A stretch of 63,588 nt of DNA, counting the filler, from Chiloscyllium plagiosum (lineage: Eukaryota), in assembly GCF_004010195.1 (NCBI RefSeq). It is 5 parts of one record of this genome, joined end to end, with 100 filler letters (N's around TTAATTAATTAA, not from the genome) between each part and the next. Parts side by side here need not be neighbours in the genome. Positions count along the whole stretch, not along the records: positions 1 to 22,898 come from NC_057710.1; positions 22,999 to 45,869 come from NC_057710.1; 3 more parts are not named here. One strand, 5' to 3'. The position numbers were made by a program, and so were the translations under genes. A model generated the notes under the pieces. It saw nothing but the letters and a program-made list of their open reading frames with translations. It did no database searches and was not told where the DNA came from. Shown here piece by piece: positions 13,085 through 26,185 of this stretch. Position 1 is the first letter of the stretch. Every line of letters begins with the position of its first letter.

Positions 13085-14230
13085 ATACGGGAGCACTGGT
13101 TAGACTAGAATCTATTGCCTGTCCCTAATTGCCCCAGGGGAGGTGTGGGTGACCTATCTTCTTGAACCACAATAGTCATGTATTTTGGTTACACCCACAC
13201 TGCTGTTACAGAAGGAATTCCAGGATTCTGACCCAGTGACAGTGAAGGAACGGTGATATTTTTCCAACTCAGGATGATGTGCGGTTTGGTAGGGACTTGC
13301 ATGTGGTGGTGTTCCTATGTACCTGTTGCCCTTGTCCCTATAGGTTCAGTTTGGAAGTTACAATCACTTTTGACTGAGTCATAGGGCATCTTTCAGATGG
13401 TTCACACTACTGCCACTGACTTAACCTGACAAAGGAGCAGCCCTTCGAAAGCTTGTAATTTCAAATGAACCTGTTGGAGTATAACAGGTGTTGTGTGACT
13501 TCTGAGATTGTCCAACTCAGTCCAACACTGGCACCTTCGCACATTATCTGTTAGTGACAAAGGGAAAGAACATTGAAGATGATAGTTGAGGTGCTGATCA
13601 AACAAACTGGATGGTCTCAAGTTCCTTGAAGATAGTACTGACTGCGTCCATCTGGGCAAGTGGAGAGTACTCCATTACTGACTTGTTCCTTGTAGATGGT
13701 GGGCAGGCTTTGGGAGACTAAAGGTGAGTTACTCTACACAGAATTTCAAGATTTGACCTGCTCTTGAAGCCACAATACTTATACTGTTGGTCCAGACAAT
13801 TTCTGGTTAATGGTAGCCCTCAGGATATTAATAGTGAGGGATTCAGTGATGGTAGTGCCTTTGAATGTCAATGGGCCATGTGTGGATTCGTTTTCATGAG
13901 AGACTGTTATTGTCTGGCACTTATGTGGTATGAATACTATTGCCATCTAACAACCCAAGGTCGAATGTTCACCAGATCTTGCTACATTTAGTGAGGACAA
14001 GGTCAAGTATGTTTTCTCTCTTATTGGTTCACTCACCACCTGCTTCAGATCCACTAAAGCTGCTCTGTCTGTCCGACCTGTAGGGCTCAATCAGATCAGT
14101 TATTGGCGTTGACACCATCATTCTTGATGATGGACATTGAAGTCATTCACCCAGAGTACATTCTGGGACCTTGCACTGTCTGTAGTTCATCCAAGCAGCG
14201 GTCAACATGGAAGGTTCCTGATTCATCCCA
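13085..14230 (-). mobile_element. Older CR1-clade LINE (second family) 3' region, interrupted by a PLE repeat
   Basis: Reverse-complement similarity to 3190-4000 and 55110-55990 (e.g. gaattccaggattctgacccagtgacagtgaagg). Confidence 0.65.
13424..13540 (+). mobile_element. PLE terminal-repeat fragment (family 2) with degenerate hammerhead
   Basis: ctgacaaaggagcagcccttcgaaagcttg...aacctgttggagtataacaggtgttgtgtga. Confidence 0.6.
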
Positions 14231-14699
14231 GTCGAAGGAGGGTGATAATCAGAATTAATTCACCATAGTCCATTTCTTGTGTTTTTCTTAATTTCGTTTG
14301 AAATAAAAAGAAACATAAGAAATATAAGAAATAAAGCAACTTATAGCATTCAGCGAGATGATACACAGAACATCTGATTTGTTAAAACTTTCATTTATAC
14401 AGTGAAATCCAAGCCTTGTTGCAGGTAAAATTTCCAGTAACAAGCCTGAAGGCTGGGGATATCAGTGTGTACAAAGTGCTTAACTTGTGTGAGCAGAGCA
14501 TCTGGAAGATCAGATAGAGAGAATAAAAACCCCAATCTACTCAAACAAAAAGGAATAAAAAATGACTAATCTTCACATATCCCCTTCTGACTAATGCACG
14601 ACACATTTTTGTTGTTTCTAGTTTACCTTATTGCATTTACTCATTTTTGTACAGCTGTAAATTTTTACACACAAAATTCATACATGTTTATTGTTATAC

Positions 14700-15880
14700 C
14701 CAGTACCATCACTGAATAAGGCCAGACACAGCCCTCCATTGCTGTACAGTCTCACACTTAGCTATCAGTGAGCACTAACACACCCAGCCCCTTATCAACT
14801 GCACGATCATACACAACCCTTTAACTCTGTACAATCTCACACCCAGCCCACTATCACTACGCACTCTCACACCCAGCCCACTATCGCTGTACATTTTCAC
14901 ACCCAGCCCTCTATCACTGTACACTGTCACCCCCTGGCCCCCCTTTCACTGTGCACTCTCACATCCAGACAGCTATCCCTGTACACTCTCACACCCAGGC
15001 CTCTATCACTGTACACACTCACACCAAGCACCCTATTACTAAACACNNNNNNNNNNNNNNNNNNNNNNNNNNNNNNNNNNNNNNNNNNNNNNNNNNNNNN
15101 NNNNNNNNNNNNNNNNNNNNNNNNNNNNNNNNNNNNNNNNNNNNNNNNNNNNNNNNNNNNNNNNNNNNNNNNNNNNNNNNNNNNNNNNNNNNNNNNNNNN
15201 NNNNNNNNNNNNNNNNNNNNNNNNNNNNNNNNNNNNNNNNNNNNNNNNNNNNNNNNNNNNNNNNNNNNNNNNNNNNNNNNNNNNNNNNNNNNNNNNNNNN
15301 NNNNNNNNNNNNNNNNNNNNNNNNNNNNNNNNNNNNNNNNNNNNNNNNNNNNNNNNNNNNNNNNNNNNNNNNNNNNNNNNNNNNNNNNNNNNNNNNNNNN
15401 NNNNNNNNNNNNNNNNNNNNNNNNNNNNNNNNNNNNNNNNNNNNNNNNNNNNNNNNNNNNNNNNNNNNNNNNNNNNNNNNNNNNNNNNNNNNNNNNNNNN
15501 NNNNNNNNNNNNNNNNNNNNNNNNNNNNNNNNNNNNNNNNNNNNNNCTCTCTCACACCCAGGTTTCTATCTCTGGTGCGTTCTCACTCCCAGTCCCCTAT
15601 CATTGTACACTCTCACACCCTGGACCCTATCACTGTACTCTCTCACACTCACTACCTGATCACTGTACACTCACACCCAGACCCTATCTCTGTACGTTCT
15701 CACACCCAGCCAGATATCGCTATATACTGTTACACCCATCCTTCTATCCTTGTACACTCTCACCCGCAGCCCCTTAACGCTGTACACTGTCACACCTAGC
15801 TCCCACAGTCGTACACAAATTTCCACCATTCTACACTACACATACAACTGTCTATCTCTCTATACTATCACACCCCATCC
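14700..15880. repeat. Degenerate ~29-bp minisatellite spanning a 500-N gap
   Basis: Repeated unit like ctatcactgtacactctcacacccagccc on both sides of gap 15047-15546. Confidence 0.85.
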
Positions 15881-17961
15881 TTTATTTTATTCCTTTTCCT
15901 CTGTTGCACTGTGTCCAGTTTTACCTTTTGATCTATTTATTTTTACGCTCCTATCTTGCTTGCTTGCACGCTGATTGATTTATTGTCGTGTGTACCGAAG
16001 TACTGTGAAAAGCTTTGTTTACAAGCTGTGCGGGCAGTTCATAGCAAAAACAGACAAACAGTTCATAGCGGGAAAAACAAACCTTTGACAGAGGCATACA
16101 GGTTATTTCACACAGGCATGCACTGGACAAGATCCAAAGGAACACTGTTCATAACTTTTACAGATTTAGAATTTCAGATTAAAGGTTTAGAATGGTTACA
16201 AGAAATGTTAAGAGTTAGATATGCTGCAGGGAGCTCATAAGTAGGCGTACTGTGTCAGCACCATCTTGATCCTATATTGTTACTCGATACTGTTACAGCT
16301 CTTTCTCTGCATCGCCGTTCCACGCAGGGTGTGTTTCACTTGATCATCTGTCTCTTTTTGTAATTCAGTCTGGACAGCTGTAGCAATCTCTCCTATCCTA
16401 ATTTTGTTTTTTTTTGTTCAGCTAGCTCGGTTTCCAAGCTGCCTCATGCTGCTACATCTCTCTTCTTGTTTTTCTCATCTGGAACTGATAAAAGCGAGCA
16501 CCAATTAATAGGTTCCAGTCCACAGGGGTTGCATTGACCACTGGCATCAGGCTGAGTCAATTTCATCTTAATGTAATGAATGGCTGTCAGTCAGGCTCAG
16601 TGAGGGAGAGCTCCAATGGCTGATTTCCAGCACACTCAAGAATGTTTGGAAGGCAGAACGCTGGAAGTACTCTGGGCTTGGATTGCATTTTTACCTCTTG
16701 CTGAACAGCCACAATTCAAAAGAACAGATTTAACACCAAAGAGTAAGTCAAGGGCTAAGGATTTGATGTTTGATATTAAATTTCAAATAAAAACAAATGG
16801 GGGAATGCATTTGGAATAATAATGCTCAGCTACTTGCCATGTTCATCTGGAAATATTAAAACCCGTGGTGGTAGGTTTTTGTTACATTTGGGTATTTGGA
16901 ATTCCGAGACAGGCTCAGCTGAGGGTTTCTTTTCTGGTCTTGAAACCGTGAAAATCATGGAATAGAAATAAGCACAAGTTGAGAAGCAAGCTGCGATGCT
17001 GAGTCATTAAAGCCCCTATACAGACCAACAAAATCATGATTGACTCCCCTATGGCTTCACGAAGGCCTTGTTCCCCTCTATAGCTCACCACCTGCTCAGA
17101 AAGGTCAAGTGTCTCCTTTGCTGGTCAGTGCTACGTTTATTTGAGGGCACTTCAAAAGGTTCGCAGCCAGGTTCCCGTGCCACAACAAAGCTTGTCTTTT
17201 GAAAATAAATAGTTCACAGCATGTGGGCATCACAGCCTTTGTTTCTCATCCCTAACTGTCCCTGAGAATGTGCTTCCTTAGTGAACCATCACATTCCACA
17301 TGGCCTCGGTGGATGCAGTGTTGTTGCCCTTCGAACCTGCTCAGCCTTTCAATATGGTCACGGCTGACCACCTCACTCAGTCCCCTCTTCCTGCTCAGTC
17401 CTGTAGGATCTTTCTAATCCCCATTATTCTAAACCCCAGTAAATATAGTGCTGAACAAACCATGCCATTTACCTTTCTCACCAACTGCTGCACCTGAATG
17501 CTTATTTTCAGTGACTGGTGCATAAGAATACCCAAACTTTATTCAACCTCCTCCTTTCCCAATCCATCACCATTCAGATAGTAATCTGCCTACTTGTTTT
17601 TACTACCAAAGTGGGCAACCTCACATTTGTCATGTTATAGTTAAACTGCCATGCATTTGCCCACACCTCAATTTGTCCAATTCACACTGAAGCATCTCTA
17701 CATCCTTCTCACAGCTCACCATCCAACCCCACTTTGAGCTGTCTGCAAACTTGGAGTTATCACATTTAGCTCTCGCATCTAAATCATGAACATATACATG
17801 GGTTATTAACTTTGTGAATTTGAGTAAGGGAAAGGTGAAAGTAAACATGCTTGGGGTCGAAACTTGCAGTGAAACTTTCTATTGAGTGCACAAATTGTGA
17901 AACTACATAGCACAGCTGCTGATGGTTTAAAGTAAATAAAAGTTGTCAAGTATTAAAAGAA

Positions 17962-18300
17962 AGTATACAAGATAATGAGAGGAATAGGTAGAGTCAATAG
18001 CCAGAGACTTTTCCCCAGGGCAGGATTGACAGGTACGAGGGGTCATAGTTTTAAGATACTAGGGAAAAGGTATAGAGGAGCTGTCAGAGGTAGGTTCTTT
18101 ACGCGGAGAGTTGTGAATGCATGGAATGCGTTTTCAGCTGTGGTGTTGGAAGCAGAGTCATTTAAGCGACTGCTGGACAGACACATGGAGAGCAGTGAGT
18201 TGAGGGGTGCGTAGGTTGTTATTATATTTTGCATTTAAACCTCGGCACAACATCGTGGGCCAAAGGGCCTGTTCTGTGCTGCACTTTTCTATGTTCTATA
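17962..18300 (+). mobile_element. CR1-clade LINE 3' end, nested in a minus-strand LINE relic (~17530-18410)
   Basis: MRGIGRV...TRGHSFK...FFTRRVVNAWN motif and ttctatgttctat tail; minus-strand flanks give KFADSSK and GVPQESMLGP. Confidence 0.8.
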
Positions 18301-20734
18301 TACTCTGAATAGTTGGGTCCTAGCATAGATTCCTGTGGTACCCCACCAGTCGCTATCTGCTGTTTGGAAAAAGACCTGTTTGTTCCTAATCTTTGTCTGT
18401 CAACCATTTCTATATATATTTCAGATGGCCAAAAGTTAAAGAATTGTGGGTGGTGGAAATCAGAAACAAAAACAGAAATTGGTGGGAACACTCAGCAGGT
18501 CTGGCAGCGTCAGTGGAGAGATAGTGGAATTAACATTTCCAGTCCAGTGACTCTTTAGAATTTATCCTTTTGTGGGGATGTCTGAGAGCGAAGAAATATA
18601 GTAATCAATTTGGAACCAGATCAGATAGGAAGGATTTTTGGCAATTCTAGATGCTAGAACTGTGTTCTTTATTGGGTAAGGGGGTCAAAAATGTGAATCA
18701 GAGGCTGATAAATAGAATTGAAGTACTGATTGACCATGAGCTAATCGAAGATTGTCAGAGATTTGAGGAGTTTAAACATTTCTGTTCTTATCTTGGCTCC
18801 TAATCCCCACTTAATTCTTCTAGTTGCTGGAATGATCTCCCCTTTCTTTCTCAAGGGAGTCCTGTCAAAACTTCCTTTCTTCTTAATTTTCATTTTATTT
18901 TCTAATTGAGTCAAATGGGGGTAACTTTAGTTGCTTTACAGATCTGTGTGAAGGTTTGAAATTCTCCAGCACACTGGGGTCCCACAAGCTCATCTTCACT
19001 GAGCCTCAGTTAGCATGTAGCTGAATAAATAGGAACAGCAAGTCCCAGAATATCAGTTAACAACTGGTACTGCTCATCTGAACTCTAACCTGTCTGTTTA
19101 ATAGAAGTAACAGTCAGAACTGATCAGTCAAACACATAAAGACCTCTTCTAATCTAGGAAAAAATGGATTGCAGAGGCCATGCTGAGAGCTTGTTTAACA
19201 CTCAAGGGCTTTGACTGATTGTAGATGCGTTTGTGAAATTTTCTCCATCCAATATTCCTTACAACATTTCAGATGTACTTCACCACTTGTGAAGTGCTTT
19301 GGGTTGCACTGAAATTATGAAAAGTGCTGTTGTAAGGGCTAGTTTTTCTTTCAAACGTATTCTGGTGGAGCTGTATTTGAAGTTGGCAGTACACTGTACA
19401 CTGGAAACCTGATCCAGTGCAAACAGTCTCAAATCATTTAAATAGTTCAGAAAACCAGCAGCCTCCAATTTGACACTGCAAAATATGGAGAATGGACCCT
19501 GGTAAACTCTTTGCAACCAATGTCACCATTAGACTAATTTCAGGCAGCCGGTTGAATTAGAGGTTTGCTTTGCAGCATTTACCAGTTAAAGATTATCATC
19601 CTCTGGTTATGTATATACAGCAACATTTGTGCTAGCCAGCATCTTAATAGCAATCCTCTCAATTAAAAGAGTGTATAGAGATAGGGGGCTGGGTATACAG
19701 CAAATACCGAAAATTTACTCTGTTATCGTGATCACTGCGATGTGAGTGAGAAGTTTTATTTAGGGCAAAGGTGCATTATTATTTAAGTTACTTATGCTGT
19801 AAATAATGTAAAAAATAGTGATGTGTACACCTCCTGCACTCATATACGTTTTTACATTGATTCGTGGAGCGCTTGATCTACCTGAATATTTGATCAATCA
19901 GCACACTCCTGGCCCCCACAGGCACCGGTTATTAAAGTTATCTTTTGGAAAATACAGGCATCAGCAAAATCAGACAGTTCTTGCCTGCTCCTTAGATGTC
20001 CATGATTTACAGATTTCACTGTATCAGTAAACTAAACTTGACTAGGCTCTGAATTATCATAACCCCTTGGGTGGGGAACAATGCAAGAGAAAGGGTGACA
20101 AATCAGGCAGAAACCAGAAATGGCAGCTGTCTGCCCCACCGAGCAAAGAACTGCAAGATGGGAACAGGTCGTAAAGCTTTCAACCTGGGGGCAGAGTAGG
20201 TGATTGGGGAGTGACATAGGTGGTCAGGAATAGGGGTGATAGTCATGGGTAGGGGGGTTGTCAGTAATTGGAGATGCACTGTAGGGGAATGGTGGTAGCT
20301 GGGGGAAGAGGTAGTCAAGAGGTTAGATAGTTCAGCAGGTGAGGATCAAAGGTTATAGGGAGAAGGCAGGGAAATGAGGTTTGAAACATATCGGCCAGGA
20401 TCAAATGGTGGGGCAGACTGGAATGGCCAAATAGCAGAATTCAACTCCTGTATCTAGTGGTCTTTTTGGTGTGGGGAATATGAATGGCAGTGTTTAAGGG
20501 AGCGCACGGCTGTGGATCCCTCAGCCATGCCAGAAACTAACAGTGTGATTGTACTTTCAGATCTTGTCAAGTATCATACAACAGGCCTCGATTTCAGACA
20601 CTGAGGACATTGAGGGCAATGCAAACCTGCACATCAGAAGTTTCATTTGCTGCGAGCATTGCCATGTCTGTGTCCCAGGTATTGTCATGCCTATGCATAC
20701 ATCAGGATTTCCAAAGTGTCCTGATTCTCAACAG

Positions 20735-21862
20735 GGTCCCCCCCCACCTTACTAGTTTAAATCCTCCCAAGCAGCTCTAACAAATTTCCCTGCCAGTATA
20801 TTAGTCCCCTTCCAATTTAGGTGCAATCCGTCCTTCTTGTACAGGTCACTTCTACCCCAAAAGAGATTCCAATGACCCAAAAATGTGAATCCTTCTCCCA
20901 TACACCAGCTCCTCAGCCATGCATTCATCAGCTCTATCCTCCTTTTCCTACCCTCTATAGCTCATAGCACTGGGAGTAATCCAGACAACACACCACTCTG
21001 CTTTTTCTCTGCTGGCCACAGAAGCGTCTGTCTGTACCTCGGACTACAGAGTCCCCTAACACAATTGATCTCTTGGAAGCGGAAGTATCCCTCGTTGCAT
21101 TAGAGCCAGTCTCAATACCAGAAACTTGGCTGTTCGTGCTACGTTCTCCTGAGAATCCATCACCCCTACATTTTCCAAAACAGCATACCTGTTTGAAATG
21201 GGTATATCCACAAAGGATTCCTGCCCTAGGTGCCGACCTCTCTCACCCTTCCTGGTGTTAACGCATCTTTGTGACTGTATCTGAGACTTTCCCCCCTTCC
21301 TATAACTGCCATCCATCACATACTGTTGCTATTGCAAATTCTTCATCGCTTCTATCTGTCTCTACAACCGATCCACTCGATCTGATAAGATTCGCAACCA
21401 ACAGCATTTATGGCAGATATAATCCACAGTAACCCTTAAACTCTTTAAACTCCCGCATCTGACAAGAAGTACATATCACTGCAAAGGCCATTTTTGCTTC
21501 ACAATCTACAGATTCAGAAAATATCACCGTCTTATTCCTCTACAAACACTGCCCCAGGTTAAATTAAGAGCTATGGCTTATATTTTAAGTTTAATCAAGA
21601 GACGTATCTCCAAAAACATATAATCAAGAAAGAATCCGCTATACTCACTATTGCAGACTTTCTCTTGGACAGACTTAAAAAACAATTTACTTATCTGATT
21701 CTGTGTTGTGAACTTCGCCCAACAGTTCCTCCAAGATTAGTTGTGAATTTCACTGTTTGTTAATTTTCCCAGATGCACTCTGATGTTCAGCGATACACGA
21801 ATTCAAACAGCAAAGGCAGTAACTGTGCAGGTTTTCTCTCTCACTTTCTCGCTTGCACTGTC
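20735..21862 (-). mobile_element. HER1-like LINE 5' UTR and ORF1 remnant, inverted relative to the adjoining ORF2 part
   Basis: Minus ORF 21056..21319 contains IPISNRYAVL, a CR1 ORF1-type motif; minus strand ends ...tttaaactagtaaggtgggggggg-accc. Confidence 0.75.
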
Positions 21863-21865
21863 CTC

Positions 21866-22898
21866 ACCCAGGGAGATAGTGAGGAAAGAGATCGATCTGA
21901 GACGGGTACAGCTGAGAACAGAAGTGAGTCAAACAGTCAGGGCAGACAAGGTAGGACTAATAAATTAAACTGCATTTATTTCAATGCAAGGTGCCTAACA
22001 GGGAAGGCAGATGATCTCAGGGCATGGTTAGGAACATGGGACTGGGATATCATAGCAATTACGGAATGGGCAGGACTGGCAGCTTAATGTTCCAGGGTAC
22101 AAATGCTACAGGAAGGATAGAAAGGGAAGCAAGAGAGGAGGGGGAGTGGCATTTTTGATAAGGGATAGCATTACAGCTGTGTTGAGAGAGGATATTCCCA
22201 GAAATACATCTAGTGAAGTTATTTGGGTGGAACTGAGAAATAAGAAAGGGATGATCACCTTATTGGGATTGTATTATAAACCCCCAAATAGTCAGAGGGA
22301 AATTGAGAAACAAACTTGTAAGGAGATCTCAGCTATCTGTAAGAATAATAGGGTAGTTATGGTAGGAGATTATAACTTTCCAAACATCGACTGGGACATG
22401 CCATAGAGTTAAAGGTTTAGATGGAGAGGAATTTCTTAAGTGTGTACAATACAATTTTCTGATTCAGTATGTGGATGTACGTACGAGAGAAGGTGCAAAA
22501 CGTGACCTACTCTTGGGAAATAAGGCAGGGCAGGTGACTGAGGTGTCAGTGGGGGAGCACTTTGGACCCAGCAACCATAATTCTGTTCATTTTAAAATAG
22601 TGATGGAAAAGGATAGACTAGATCTAAACATTGAAGTCTTGAATTGGAGAAAGGCCAATTTTGACGATATTCGGCAAGAACTTTCGAAAGCTGATTGAAG
22701 GCAAGTAAAGGGACGGCTGGAAAATGGGAAGCCTTCAGAAATGAGATAACAAGAATTCAGAGAAAGTATATCCCTGTCAGGGTGAAAGGGAAGGCTGGTA
22801 GGTATAGGGAATGCTGGATGAAATTGTGGGTTTGGTTAAGAAAAAGAAGGAAGCATATGTCAGGATAGATCGAGTGAATTCTTAGAAGAGTATAAAGA
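21866..22898 (+). mobile_element. HER1-like LINE ORF2 N-terminus (AP endonuclease), frameshifted
   Basis: LNCIYFNAR..LRAWLGTWDWDIIAITE; YYKPPN; MVGDYNFPNIDW; DLLLGN...SNHNSV are APE-type endonuclease motifs. Confidence 0.9.
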
Positions 22899-22998
22899 NN
22901 NNNNNNNNNNNNNNNNNNNNNNNNNNNNNNNNNNNNNNNNNNTTAATTAATTAANNNNNNNNNNNNNNNNNNNNNNNNNNNNNNNNNNNNNNNNNNNN
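22899..22998. other. Assembly gap spacer (44 N + TTAATTAATTAA + 44 N)
   Basis: The same 100-nt construct also occurs at 45870-45969, 52582-52681 and 58042-58141. Confidence 0.95.
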
Positions 22999-23385
22999 GA
23001 GGGGTGACCTTATAGAGGTTTACAAAATTATGAGGGGCATGGATAGGATAAATAGACAAAGTCTTTTCCCTGGGGTTGGGGGAGTCCAGAACTAGAGGGC
23101 ATAGGTTTAGGATGAGGGGGGAAAGATATAAAAGAGACCTAAGGGACAACTTTTTCACGCAGAAGGTGGTACGTGTATGGAATGAGCTGCGAGAAGATGT
23201 GGTGGAGACTGGTACAATTGCAACATTTAAGAGGCATTTGGATGTGTATATGAATAGGAAGGGTTTCGAGGGACATGGGCTGGGTGCTGGCAGGTGGGAC
23301 TAGATTGGGTTGGGATATCTGGTCGGCATGGACGGGTTGGACCAAAGGGTCTGTTTCCGTGCTGTACATCTCTATGACTCTATGA
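22999..23385 (+). mobile_element. HER1/CR1-like LINE 3' end
   Basis: RTRGHRF...FFTQKVVRVWNEL motif and ctatgactctatga tail. Confidence 0.92.
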
Positions 23386-23817
23386 GTAGTAAGTGTCTCA
23401 GTCTTCCTGAGCTGAAGATCTGCTCTTCTTTATCCAAAGACCAGATTTCTCTCCTGATAACCACCACCTCTGCCGTAGTGATTCAGAGCCCAGTTCTGGC
23501 CAATTATCTTTCCGCAATAGGACAAAGTGAGGGATTGATTGTGATGCAAGTGGATGGAAGAGTGGTTGATGCTGGAGCAGAAGAGGTAGCAACGTTGCCC
23601 TAGAGAGTGAGTAGGAAGCACAGAGGGCAAGAAGGGTCGGTAGTTTGGGAAGATTCAGTGGGTAAGAGTTGTTGAGATGACATGATGCACGCGATGATGA
23701 GAATTGTAGCCCATGATCCTCGGTGAGAGGAGTGTGCAGCAACAGAGTTGATATCAGTGGCAGCTCTGTGAGTGTGATGGGGGGAGGGGTGGGGGGGGCA
23801 GAGAGAAAGTAGTGGCA

Positions 23818-24010
23818 CATACCTGCGAGCACAAAAGATCATTAACCTCCTCCCTGTATGGTGCTTTGCATTGCGCTTCACCGAGGACATGGCACTGATC
23901 CAGGATGCAGTTACCCGGAATCACCTAGCTTCCCTTGCTCTCTCCCAGTCCACCAACATCTCCAGCTCCCTGCCCATGAAACACAGCAGTGAGCTTTCCA
24001 TTCATCTGCA
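23818..24010 (-). pseudogene. Decayed Myb/SANT-like (trihelix) ORF, PIF/Harbinger ORF2-like
   Basis: Minus-strand pieces F.GRELEMLVD, ISAMSSVKRNAKH and YREEVNDLL, followed by a donor-like cag|gtatgt. Confidence 0.5.
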
Positions 24011-25649
24011 CCAGAACAGTCCAGCCAGTGGGGAGAGTTTCTGTCTCTCTGATTCCCAGAGAAAGACATCCAGGAGCTGGGTTTCCTGATGAATGAGGTG
24101 AGGTGTGGAAGATTGTGTGGGAAAGTCACTCTGAGTCAAGGCAGACCAGGCAATGTGAATCTCACTTAACAAAACGTTTTAACTGCAAGTGGGAAGATTA
24201 AAATGATTTTAAAATATTTTGTTTCATAAAACTGCAGTGTCTCAGCCTTCTTTGAAACATTGGTGGCTGATACCTCCCAGATCAGATCGATTGTGGAGTG
24301 CAGTTTGCTGACTTCTTCTCCCTCACCTGTCGTGAAGGAGATGGGCTGGAGAATGGACCCAAGGTTAAGTTCCTTTTAGCTTACTCAGCTCCAGAGAAAA
24401 GTTGGAAATGTCTGTAAAAATGCAGTCATTGGTAACGGCGTTAATGAACCTTATGGCAAGGAAATCTTGATGACACAAAAGTACATTGTCTGAGAGACAG
24501 ATGCAAACCATCTCAAGCTAAAGGATGGAGGGTGATATCTGGCAATGAAGCTTCTATCCATGATGTCATTCACATCAGAATGTTGTCTCCAATTGCCCAT
24601 TAATGACAGGAAATTTGGAATGTTCCTCTACCAACACAACAGATCGCATCTATGATTGAAAAAAGAAGAGTCGTCAACTTTATTTGTGGTTGACTTCAGG
24701 AGGCAAAGGGATTAGGGATGTAAATTTAAGGTTTCAGTTAGGGTATGTGTGGAGAATGATAGGAAAGACATTGTTACAGAACGATTTGCATTGATTTGGA
24801 ATGATTGTCGATGAGAGTGGTGAAAATGGAGATGACTAATGATCTCAAAAGAAAATTGGATTGGCGCTTGAGGGAAATGAATTTGCAGGGCAACATGGAA
24901 CAGGAGACTCGGGACTAACAGGATGTCTGTGAGGAGGGCCTGCAGGGAACTGGAGTTGGGGCAGGTGAATGGACCCGTCTGTGCTCTAATACACCTATGT
25001 AAACCAAAATCTTCTGAGCAGAGTCAGAAACCCTACTTTGAGCTCAGATTAGACAAAAATAAGACCTGAGGTGTGCAGTGTGCTAGGTTAGTAAGGGAGT
25101 CATATGATCACTGGGTAATGGACATTTGGTGGGCTAAGGAGTAGGATGACTGGTAGGAATGGGTGAGGGATAAGTTGGCAGTTGGGGTGAAGGGGTAAGG
25201 TTGTAGGTGTGTAAGGAGTACTCTGGAAGTGGGGACAGGAGGTGAAGAGTCAGACGGTTCAGTTCAATGGATGAACCATTATTGGGGAGTTGAGGCATGG
25301 CTTGATGGGATTGGTGTGGGGTGTTGACAGATTACCTTTAGGGAGGGTGTGGTAAGATCTTGGGTTGGTCTAGGGAAGAGATTGTATTGGGTTAATGCAA
25401 TAATTGGGGATGTGGGTTGCCTGGGTTGTGGGGAAGTTAGGGTGTGTTGAGGAGGGTGTCACAAGAGAGTTTTGCTCCTCGCTGGGGAGTGGTCAGATGT
25501 ATTTTTATCCTGGAGTTGTAAATGGTTTTACTTCTTCCAAGATTACTTGGATAACCCTCTGGTAGAGACAGTTGGAAATCTTCGAAGATTACTTCAGAGT
25601 TGGAGACTTTCTGTGAGTGCTACAGACACAGAAATAGTACCCATAAAGG

Positions 25650-26185
25650 ATGGCATGGTGGCTCAGTGGTTAGCACTGCTGCCTAACAGTACCAGGGACC
25701 TGGGTTCAATTCCAGCCTCAGGTGACTATCTGTGTGGAGTTTGCACATGTCTGTGTGGGTTTCCTCCAGGCATTCTGGTTTCTTCCCATAGTCCAAAGAT
25801 GTGCAGGTTAGTTGAATTGGGAGAAAGTGAAAATTGGAGATCAGAGTCAAAAGGTGTGGTGCTGGAAAAGAACAGCTGGTCAGGCAGCATCCGAGGAGCA
25901 GGAGAATTGATGTTTCAAGCACAAACTCTTCATCAGGTATGTGGGATGAAGAGCTTATGCTCAAAACATTGATTCTCCTGCTCCTCAGATGCTGCCTGAC
26001 CAGCTGTACTTTTCTAGCACCACACTTTTTGACTTAGATTAGGTGAATTTGCCAAACTAAATTAGTCAGGGATAAATGTAGAGTAATAGAATAGGTGAAT
26101 GGGACTGGGTGGGTTATTCTTCGGTGGGTCAGTGTGGACTTGCTGGACCAAATGGCCTGTATACACACTGTGGGGATTCTATGAA
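25650..26185 (+). mobile_element. HE1-like SINE interrupted by a PLE-derived palindrome
   Basis: tggctcagtgg A-box and ggttcaattcc B-box; SINE body resumes at ~26036. Confidence 0.85.
25820..26035. mobile_element. Two inverted PLE terminal repeats (family 1), each with a decayed hammerhead
   Basis: agtcaaaaggtgtggtgctggaaaag...cttcatcagg mirrored by gatgaagagcttatgctcaaaac...cttttctagcaccacactttttgact. Confidence 0.8.

Noticed and set aside
14700..15880. Regularly spaced ~29-bp repeats, superficially CRISPR-like
   Set aside because: Contiguous degenerate tandem units with no unique spacers, in vertebrate DNA: a minisatellite
22943..22954. TTAATTAATTAA palindrome, repeated at 45914, 52626 and 58086
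   Set aside because: Always centred between two 44-N runs; an artificial six-frame-stop scaffold linker, not biology
25472..25972. 166-aa ORF
   Set aside because: Chance read-through across unique DNA, a SINE head and a PLE repeat
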